Shown here: piece after piece, positions 42,724-51,400 of the stretch | Layout of the letters: the number at the start of each line of letters is the position of its first letter | Numbering within the stretch: position 1 is the first letter of the stretch | DNA from: an uncultured Eubacteriales bacterium | GTDB taxonomy: Bacteria > Bacillota > Clostridia > Christensenellales > DTU072 | DNA length: 64,000 nt | Reading direction: 5' to 3' | Assembly: GCA_949292905.1 (NCBI GenBank) | Contig: CASFAV010000003.1 | Span: forward strand, 32,050-96,049 | The notes under the pieces: model-generated | Seen by the model: only the letters and a program-made list of their open reading frames with translations | Databases searched by the model: none | Told to the model about the DNA's origin: nothing | Position numbers and translations under genes: made by a program

Positions 42724-45700
42724 ATGATATACCGAATCAAAGATAAGGCTAACTACAAGAATTTCAAAGTTTTTAAGGACAACCGACTGGAGCACAGGGC
42801 GTACTTCATACCTTTCCCGAACGAAAAGGAAGCCGCCGCGGCAGGGTTGCTGGATAAGCGGTATTCGAGCGAAAAAGTGATCGTGCTCAACGGAGAATGG
42901 GATTTCGTCTATTACCGCAACAACAAGGAAGTTCCCGCGGTATTCGATACGGAAGCCGTCAGTTTCGATAAAGTCAAGGTTCCTTCGTGCTGGCAGTTCA
43001 CGGGTTACGAGCCTCCGTTTTATACCAACATTAAATATCCTTATCTTTGCACTCCTCCGAAGCCCCCGATCAACACGGCGGAAGGTATTTACAAGGGCGC
43101 AATCGACGGTGAAACCTATAAGGTCGGCGATAAGCAATACAACAGCGTAGGCGTGTATCGCAGATTTTTCACTATCAAAGACCTCGGCAAACGTTACATT
43201 CTGTCCTTCCTCGGCGTGGCGAGCAACGCGGAGATATACGTCAACGGCAATTACGTGGGATACAGCGAATGTTCTCACAATACCGCCGAATTCTATCTGG
43301 ACGAACATCTCCGTCTGGGCGAGAACGAGCTCGTCGTAGTAGTGCATAAGTGGTGTAACGGCTCCTATCTCGAAGATCAGGACATGTTCCGCAACAACGG
43401 CATCTTCAGAGACGTGCTCCTTTTCGTCAACGAAAAGACTTTCATATACGATTTTGAATTTTTCACGACGAAGCGGAACGATATGTACGACGCGATCATC
43501 AACGTCAACGTAGTCGATTTCGACGGTGCGAGCGTGACGGTGACGCTTACCGATAAGGGCAAGCTGATGGCGATACGCAGCGTAGAAGCGGCTTCGTGCG
43601 CGAAAATAATGCTCAATTCGCTCAAAGTAGAAGAATGGAGCGCCGAGGTGCCCAGGCTTTACGATCTCACGATAACGCTGTCCGTACACGGCACGGTCAT
43701 CGAATGTATACGCAAGAAAGTCGGTTTCAAGACGATAACCATAGAGGGCAGAGTCTATAAGCTTAACGGCAAAAAAATCAAAATTCTCGGCGTGAACCAT
43801 CACGATACCAATCCGAAAACGGGATATTATCTGACGCCCGAGGAAATAGAACGCGACGTGTTGCTCTGCAAGGAATACAATATCAATACCGTACGCACGT
43901 CGCATTATCCGCCCGATCCGTTGTTCCTGGAGCTTGCGGACTATTACGGACTGTACGTCATAGACGAAGCCGATATCGAGACGCACGGCACGCGCACGCC
44001 CGGGCAGATAAGCAACCGTCTCAAATGGAAAGACCATTATTGGGACAGGGTGAAAGGAATGTACATGCGCGACCGCAACTCGCCGAGCATAATACTTTGG
44101 TCGCTCGGGAACGAGTCCGGAGGGGTGCGTTGCCAGGATTATTGCTACAAGATGCTCAAGCCGCTTACCCTTATTCCCGTACATTACGAAGGCGCGATAC
44201 GCACGCGCAGGGGAGGATACGACGTAGTCAGCGCGATGTATCCCGACGTGAGAGCGGTGGCGAAAGTCGCGGAAGTGCATCCGAGCAGAAAGGATTTATA
44301 CGCGATAGGGCCAAGCAAGGCAATTAAAGCAAAACCTTTCATACTTTGCGAATACGCTCACGCGATGGGGCTCGGACCCGGCAACCTCGAGGAATACGTC
44401 GAAACCTTCTTCAAGTACGACGTACTCATGGGCGGCTGCATATGGGAAATGGTGGATCACGCGGTATTGCACGGCTGCGACAAACCGTATAAATACACTT
44501 ACGGTGGCGATCACGGCGAATATACCCACGACGGCAACTTCTGCGTGGACGGACTTTTCTATCCCGACCGCACGCCGTCCACGGGCGCATACAACGTAAA
44601 GAACTGCTATCGTCCCGTCAAGGCTCGTCTCGTCGACGCGGGGATAATAGAACTTACCAACCGCAATTATTTCCGCAATTCTTCCTATATCACGGTGAAA
44701 GGCACGGTCATGTTCGAGGGGAAAGCGGTATTCAGATTCGAATTCCCCTGCGACATAGAACCGCGCTCGAAGCATATTTACAACCTGAACTTCGACGTGA
44801 GGGGCGGGGATACGATGATAAACCTCGATTATTACGACGGCGCGAGACTGGTGGCGTTCGAGCAGCTCGAAGTACACCGCGCGCTTACCGAGGTGAGACC
44901 CATTCGCGGTAAGAAAGTTTCCGCGGAGCCTTACGGCGACATTTTGGAAGTTATCTTCGACAACGGCACGGTGCGCTTCGATCGTACCACGGGCGCGATA
45001 GCGAGCTACGTCTATGACGGCATATCGTATTTTGCCGACAAGCCCGCCAAATCGGGCAGAGGCAGATTCTACACCAACATTTTCCGCGCGCCGAGCGACA
45101 ACGACATGCGTTTCTACCGTAAATGGAAGGAATACGGCTATAACGCGCTCATTTCCCGTAACGATACCTTCAATTATCAGGTATATGCGGACAGAGTCGA
45201 GATCAACGCCGTCAACGGAATGTACGCTTCCGGCGGAAGAAAGGTGCTTACGGTCAAAGACGTTTATACCGTGTTCGCGAGCGGAATAATCAGGGCTGAA
45301 AGTTCGGTGACTCCTTTCATCAAGTTCGGTCCCATCCTTCCGAGAGTGGGCAAGACCTTGGAACTGAAAAAGGAATTCCGCGACATCGTGTATTACGGAA
45401 GAGGAGACAAGGAATGTTATCCCGATTTCAAGGCGCATGCGAGAATAGGCGTCTACAGGTCGGATATCGGAGATTTCGTCGAGCCGTATATCCGCCCGCA
45501 GGAATCCGGCAACCGTACCGACGTGCGTTATGCCGCGGTGCGCAATTCGGCAGGGGCGGGATTAATGTTCCTTGCCGATTTCGCTCCCTTCAATTTCGGC
45601 GCGAAAGAATATTCCGATCAGGCGCTCGCCGAGTTCAGGCACCGCGAAGACATAGTGAAGGAATCCGAAGTGAATTATTATTCCGTGGACGGCTTCACCG

Positions 45701-45846
45701 GCGGAGTCGGCAGCGCGAGTTGCGGTCCGATGACTCTACCGGCATACAGATTGAAATGCAACCGCAGTTATACTTATTCTTTCAAAATGATACCGTTTAC
45801 TTCTCTCGAGGAAGACGTGTTGAAACCTAACAATATAACGGAGTAA
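42724..45846 (+). CDS. Beta-galactosidase, GH2 (LacZ-like)
   Basis: 1040 aa with 'WSLGNESG' (acid/base Glu) and 'ILCEYAHAMGLGPG' (nucleophile Glu), in LacZ-like order. RBS GGAGGG. Confidence 0.9.
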   Translation: MIYRIKDKANYKNFKVFKDNRLEHRAYFIPFPNEKEAAAAGLLDKRYSSEKVIVLNGEWDFVYYRNNKEVPAVFDTEAVSFDKVKVPSCWQFTGYEPPFYTNIKYPYLCTPPKPPINTAEGIYKGAIDGETYKVGDKQYNSVGVYRRFFTIKDLGKRYILSFLGVASNAEIYVNGNYVGYSECSHNTAEFYLDEHLRLGENELVVVVHKWCNGSYLEDQDMFRNNGIFRDVLLFVNEKTFIYDFEFFTTKRNDMYDAIINVNVVDFDGASVTVTLTDKGKLMAIRSVEAASCAKIMLNSLKVEEWSAEVPRLYDLTITLSVHGTVIECIRKKVGFKTITIEGRVYKLNGKKIKILGVNHHDTNPKTGYYLTPEEIERDVLLCKEYNINTVRTSHYPPDPLFLELADYYGLYVIDEADIETHGTRTPGQISNRLKWKDHYWDRVKGMYMRDRNSPSIILWSLGNESGGVRCQDYCYKMLKPLTLIPVHYEGAIRTRRGGYDVVSAMYPDVRAVAKVAEVHPSRKDLYAIGPSKAIKAKPFILCEYAHAMGLGPGNLEEYVETFFKYDVLMGGCIWEMVDHAVLHGCDKPYKYTYGGDHGEYTHDGNFCVDGLFYPDRTPSTGAYNVKNCYRPVKARLVDAGIIELTNRNYFRNSSYITVKGTVMFEGKAVFRFEFPCDIEPRSKHIYNLNFDVRGGDTMINLDYYDGARLVAFEQLEVHRALTEVRPIRGKKVSAEPYGDILEVIFDNGTVRFDRTTGAIASYVYDGISYFADKPAKSGRGRFYTNIFRAPSDNDMRFYRKWKEYGYNALISRNDTFNYQVYADRVEINAVNGMYASGGRKVLTVKDVYTVFASGIIRAESSVTPFIKFGPILPRVGKTLELKKEFRDIVYYGRGDKECYPDFKAHARIGVYRSDIGDFVEPYIRPQESGNRTDVRYAAVRNSAGAGLMFLADFAPFNFGAKEYSDQALAEFRHREDIVKESEVNYYSVDGFTGGVGSASCGPMTLPAYRLKCNRSYTYSFKMIPFTSLEEDVLKPNNITE

Positions 45847-45847
45847 T

Positions 45848-48253
45848 ATGAAATTCTACGTATTGGACCGCTCCGCGGCGGTAACTGACTACAGAGACAG
45901 AAGCGTCATAGAAGGGCTGACGCCTGCGCGTGAGTTCGATTTTCGCGCTTCCAGGCACGAATATTACGTCGTGCAGCTGATACTGGATCCCGAATACGAC
46001 ATCAGATCGGTAGCGATCAAGACCGGAGCGTTGGAGAACGCGTCCGGAGGTAAGCCCGTGGAACGCGCGGTGACCTGCTTCAATGCGGGCGGCGTGAACG
46101 CCGCGGGAGAAAAATTCACCCGCGATATAAGCGTCTCCGAAGGCGTACTGCAGCCGTTGTTTTTCGGTTTCGACCTTTCGCGGGCGGACATCGGCGAATA
46201 TTTTACCGTGGTGACCGTCGGCTCCGAAAAGCTCAGGCTCAATTTCGTTATCGACGACGAGCTCGTATTCAGTCAGGGCACGGAGGACGGCAACACTCGC
46301 GCAAGACTCAAATGGCTGAATTCCTCTCTTTGCAGCGACAAAAAGATATTGCAAGGGTACGAAGCCATTACTGTGGAAAAGAACGCCGTCGGATTCACCG
46401 GCAAGAGAGCTTTGCTCGGAAACGACGGTCTCATAGAGAACGTGGAAAGCCGTTTCGGCGAGTCCAACGCGCTCACGGACGAGGTCGAGAAGGAATTGTT
46501 CTACCGTCCGATGGAGTTTCTGGCGGCGGGACAGAAATTCAAATATAACAAACTCAAAATAGCCGCGCGCGCCGGAGCGGCTGTGCTCGCCGCGGACGGC
46601 AGAAGCGAAAAACTGCGCATAGACGTAAGCGCGGAAGCCACTTACGAAGGGGCGTTCCGCTACGAGATAAAACTTACGGCGGACTCCGACGTGATAGCTG
46701 AAGACGTGTGCCTGAAAGCATATTTCAAGGCAGCCGACTATTTCTCCGGATTGGGCAGAGAGGGCGGCAGATTCACCGAAAACGTCGAATACAAGCGCAG
46801 TCCTGGGATCTATTCCGACTCGCTGTTTATAGGAGACGTCAACTGCGGCGCGAGGTTCGCGTTCGGCGCCGACAAAGGGGCGTGCGCGCCGGTGTACGGC
46901 AGATTCTCCCGCTACGAAAGCAAAGACGACGAATGGTACAACTTCGGCAAGGGCGGCGTCAACGTCGCGCGTACCGCAGACGGAGCCGAGCTCACCGTAT
47001 ATACCGGCAAAACGGTATTTACGGCAGGGGCGTCCAAGACCTTCCGCTTCACTATACATTTGACGCCGTTCAAGCCGCTCGATCTCGCCAACGCCTTCGC
47101 CAATCGCTTCGCTGCGGACAAAATAGCCGCGCATTACGGCGATATGCTCGCGCGCGCCGAAGCCGACGGAATGAAGTACCTCGATCTTCAATACGGCGGC
47201 GAACTCAACAAGTGTATAAATTCGCCGTTTGACGGAGTAGAGGCTCTTAAAGACCTCGCTTTGGAAGCCCATAAGCGCAAGATAGGACTTGCTATCGCAT
47301 ATACTCCGGGATCGGTGGCTACGGATTCCGCAGAGGCTTGCGCTTTCCATGCTTTGGGCGACGAGGTGCTTATGAGAAGCGGCGGCGGCGCGGAAGATTA
47401 TTCTCCCTGCGTGCTTCCGTGCGTCACCGGCGCCGGACGAGAGGGCGGCGCCACGCTGATCACGGTGCCCGGATCGCGCGCCGAGAATTATTATGTGGAA
47501 GGCGTAAACTATCTTATCAACAACGCCGACCTTAACGCCGTAACGATGCTCGATCCTTCGCTTACGCGCAATACGGCGGAGCGCGTCGCGAAATGCGTCA
47601 AGCGCAAACGCGGCATTGAAGGGCTTGTCGAGATAGGATTCGGAGATAGGTATAACGAGGAAAACGGTTTTGCAGGAGCTTTGAACGTATATGCGGATAT
47701 ACTGCCTTTTGCGGACAAGCTCTACGCCGCAGACGCCGACGTGACGCGGCAGGCGGATAAAGTGTTGGCGGAAGTTTCGGGCATCCTGTACGGGCTCAAC
47801 GCCGACTGCCGTTACGACGCGAGCATATGCAGGAGCCTGCTTTTCGGAATGCTGCCGAGATACGGCGAGGAGGAGGAAACGAGCGCGGCGCTTGCCGACG
47901 TGAAAGCCGTATTCTCATGTCTGGACATGAGCAAAGCCGAGATGAAAGGGTACTGGGACCGTACAAATCCCGTGCGCGTCGACACGCCGAGCGTGCGTTG
48001 CACCTGCTATATCGACGGCGGAAACATGATCGTGGCGATCTACAACGAGAATTCGAAAGCCACCCGTTTCGAGATAGGTATAGAGAACAAGCTCGGGTTC
48101 ACTACCGTGGGCAAGCGCGTGTACGCGCCCGAGATCGCCGGACTGCAGAAAAAGAAACGCGTCAATTTCAATAAGCCGCTGAAGCTCGCGGGACATCGCG
48201 GTATCATTGTGGCGGTGCGTGAAAGGAAGCACGCGAAGGCAAAAGAATTGTAA
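45848..48253 (+). CDS. Glycoside-hydrolase-like protein, family uncertain (possibly GH123/DUF4091-type)
   Basis: This 801-aa gene starts 2 nt after lacZ. I cannot name a catalytic motif with confidence. The call rests on context only. Confidence 0.4.
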   Translation: MKFYVLDRSAAVTDYRDRSVIEGLTPAREFDFRASRHEYYVVQLILDPEYDIRSVAIKTGALENASGGKPVERAVTCFNAGGVNAAGEKFTRDISVSEGVLQPLFFGFDLSRADIGEYFTVVTVGSEKLRLNFVIDDELVFSQGTEDGNTRARLKWLNSSLCSDKKILQGYEAITVEKNAVGFTGKRALLGNDGLIENVESRFGESNALTDEVEKELFYRPMEFLAAGQKFKYNKLKIAARAGAAVLAADGRSEKLRIDVSAEATYEGAFRYEIKLTADSDVIAEDVCLKAYFKAADYFSGLGREGGRFTENVEYKRSPGIYSDSLFIGDVNCGARFAFGADKGACAPVYGRFSRYESKDDEWYNFGKGGVNVARTADGAELTVYTGKTVFTAGASKTFRFTIHLTPFKPLDLANAFANRFAADKIAAHYGDMLARAEADGMKYLDLQYGGELNKCINSPFDGVEALKDLALEAHKRKIGLAIAYTPGSVATDSAEACAFHALGDEVLMRSGGGAEDYSPCVLPCVTGAGREGGATLITVPGSRAENYYVEGVNYLINNADLNAVTMLDPSLTRNTAERVAKCVKRKRGIEGLVEIGFGDRYNEENGFAGALNVYADILPFADKLYAADADVTRQADKVLAEVSGILYGLNADCRYDASICRSLLFGMLPRYGEEEETSAALADVKAVFSCLDMSKAEMKGYWDRTNPVRVDTPSVRCTCYIDGGNMIVAIYNENSKATRFEIGIENKLGFTTVGKRVYAPEIAGLQKKKRVNFNKPLKLAGHRGIIVAVRERKHAKAKEL

Positions 48254-48279
48254 AATTTCTTAAATTTAGATCTGTAGGG

Positions 48280-48312
48280 AGCCGTTTTCGTTTTTCGGGG
48301 ACGGCTTTTTTG
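48280..48312 (+). terminator. Intrinsic terminator
   Basis: Hairpin agccgt...acggct followed by tttttt. Confidence 0.6.
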
Positions 48313-48498
48313 TTTCTACGGGAACCTCGTCGGCCTGTCGCGTATTGCCGGAAGCATTCGCGCGCACGCGCTTCCGCGTATAATATTTAATGGAAATTTC
48401 CGAAAGCGTATTGAAATGCGCGCTCGCGTATGTTACAATTTATCCGTATATATTCCCAAACCCATTATGCTTCGGCATATTAGCATATTCGAAAAGGT

Positions 48499-51400
48499 GT
48501 GCCTATGTATTCTGCTGCAGGAAATCGGAAAGTTTTATTGATGATCTCGGTGTTGTTCGCCGTTGTTTGCGCGTGCATTTTCTTTTACGCGGGCGCGGGC
48601 GACGCGCGCTCGGCGGTGGAAGCCGAAGCCGCGGACGAGTTGAACGGCGGCGGCACCGAATTGAATCCGTATATCATTTCCGACGCGGAAGACCTCGCGA
48701 TAATGTCCGATCTCGTCAATAACGGCGACGAAGCCACATACCGCAGTGCGTATTACTCGCTCACCGCTTCAGTAGATCTCGACGACCTCGTCGGCACCGA
48801 ATACAAATTCGCTCCCATAGGAACGGCAACCAAGCCTTTCATTGGGAACTTCAACGGCAACGGTAACCTCGTCTATAATCTCGATATCGTCGAAAATTCC
48901 GCTACGGCTCCGCTCCTTGCGGATCGGTACATAGGATTATTCGGCTACGTGGGCGCGGGCGGCAACGTTTCCAACGTCGGCGTCACGGGAGCGTCTTACG
49001 GCAAGAATACGGCTTTCGTAATAGGCGGTATAGCCGGATATAACGCGGGAACGATCTATCAATGCTTCTTCGAAGGGACTATCACGGGAAGCGACACGAT
49101 AGGCGGAATAGCGGGGCATAACGCGGGTACGGTACGCAGCTGTTTCGCCAACGGCGCCCTCTACGCCGGAGTCAACAACGCCAAGCTCGGCGGACTTATC
49201 GGCGTCAACGATTTTTCCGGCTCCGTTTCGTACAGCTACAACCAGTGTTCTCTGAATGTTTCCGTGCAGAACGCTTATAACGTCGGCGGCATAATAGGCA
49301 ATCAGCTCGCCGTCACGGCGCATTCCTATTGCTATTACAATTCTTCTCTCAATCCTTCGCTCAAGGCGCTCGGCGCGTCTTCCGCCGGGGCTTCCGCGCC
49401 CGCAGATACGGATACTTTCAGAGGTATGACTTCGCAGGAAACGGATTCCGCGGCGCTCACCGAGATATTCGGGCTCGAAACGTCTAATTCGTGGGTGAGA
49501 AAATACAGGCTCAACGACCACACGGGCTATACGGGACTGTTGCTCAAGGTATTCGACGTCGCGGGTTGCGACGACAGCGCTTTGTCCGCGGCGGTCACCG
49601 TGAGAATGTTCGGCATAGACCGCTCCTCTTCCGCCGTGTGGGGGAGCGAGGAAAATCCTTATCTCGTGACGAACGCCGCGCAGCTCGACAACCTCGCCGT
49701 CGCGGTCAACGATTATTCGGAGAGCTTTGCCGGAGATTATTTCCTGCTCACCGCTGACGTCACGCCTTCTGCAAGTTTCAAAGGGATCGGCGTTTACGCC
49801 AACAATTCCGCTCTGAACAGACCTTTCGCCGGCACTTTCGACGGAGGCAATCACACCGTGCGCGGATTGAATATCTCTTCCGCATCGGACAACTATCTCG
49901 GATTTTTCGGTTACGCTTCCGGCGCGCAGATACGCAATCTCACGCTTGAGGAAAACTGCCTTGTGAGCGGCGGCAATTACGTGGGAAGTCTTATAGGTTA
50001 TGCGGTGAACGCAGTCGTTAAAAACGTGGCGAGTTTCGCCGTAGTCGAATCCGCTTACGGCAATTCGGGCGGCATAGTGGGCTACGACGAGCGCGGCGCT
50101 TACGATTCCGTTCTGAGCGCGGTCACGCTCGCCGCTCCCGATAACGTTTCCGCCGTGTACGGCTTCATCGGCAACGGGCGTACCGTGCTTTCCGTAAGCA
50201 ACGTGTGGTATCTCGCTCAGGACGTCAAAGGCGGCAAAGTCAACCGCTTCCTTACTTCCAACAATCTCGGCGCCGTTCTGCGCGTCGATACGGCTTACGG
50301 TAACGTCGCGGCGAGTAAAGACGCCGACGGCAACATCACTTTCGCCGCGGCAGCTTCGGGCGGCTGGAGCACCGAATTCAGACTCGCCACAGAGAGCGTG
50401 GTAATGGCTGGAGAGGTATTCACCGCGCCGAGATCGGCGTATTACAACGCCAATACCGTTTACGCGCGCTTCGTGAAGGAGATAACCGCGAGCGTCACGG
50501 GAGCGGCCACGGCGACTTTCCGCGAAACGGGAACTTCCTCGGGCAAATATTACGTAGGACAGCAATACCGTCTTGCTGTCACGGTGGCAGACGGGCATTA
50601 TCTTAAATCGATAAGCGGCGCGGGAGAAGGAACGTTTGTCTACGAACCGCAATCGCTTTCAGTGGTATACACCGACGTGATGCGGGAGAAGACTTCCGTA
50701 TTGGGTGTGACCATCGAAGAAATAATCTACGACGACATCAACTTTCCGATAACCCGCGTCTACAACGCGCAACCCGTGGAATTCGATAAGGGCATACTTC
50801 GCAATATGCCCGCCGACTTCCGCGCGGACGTGCTTTATTCGAGCGGCAGCGCGCCCGTCAATGCTTCCGCCGACGGAGTGCCGTATACCTTGACCATAGT
50901 TTACTATAACGCCGCCGACGTGCGCGTAGGCTCCAAAAACGTGGCGTTCACCATAACCCGCGCGGAACTTTCCGTTACCGACGCGACGGGACTTCCGTAT
51001 TCCAAACAATGGGACAATTCCGACACAGCGGAAGGCGTAACGGTGGATATTTCCGCGGTGAGCGGGATCTACGCGGGCGACGAAGTGACTGTGACCGCGA
51101 ATATGCGTTTCGGTTCTTCCGATATCACCGGCGATACCAAAACGGATATCACTTATACTTTCGCCGTTTCCGGAAGGTCGGCTTCCAATTATACCGCGCC
51201 GTCGTCCGTGACGCGCTACGGAGTCGGAGAAATAACCAAACGCGACGTGTATTTCAAACCTCTTTCGCTTACGGGTATCTATAACGCGCTTTATCCTTCT
51301 TTCGGCTCGTGGGACGTGATAGACGAAATAACCGGCGCCAAGGTCAATCCTTCCTTCGAGTTTGTCAAAGTCATCGAAGACGGTAGCGGAGGCTACGCGG

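Noticed and set aside
42601-47350. Minus-strand ORFs 42601..44280, 44296..45438 and 45827..47350
   Set aside because: They are antisense to the GH2 and GH-like genes. They are shadow ORFs.
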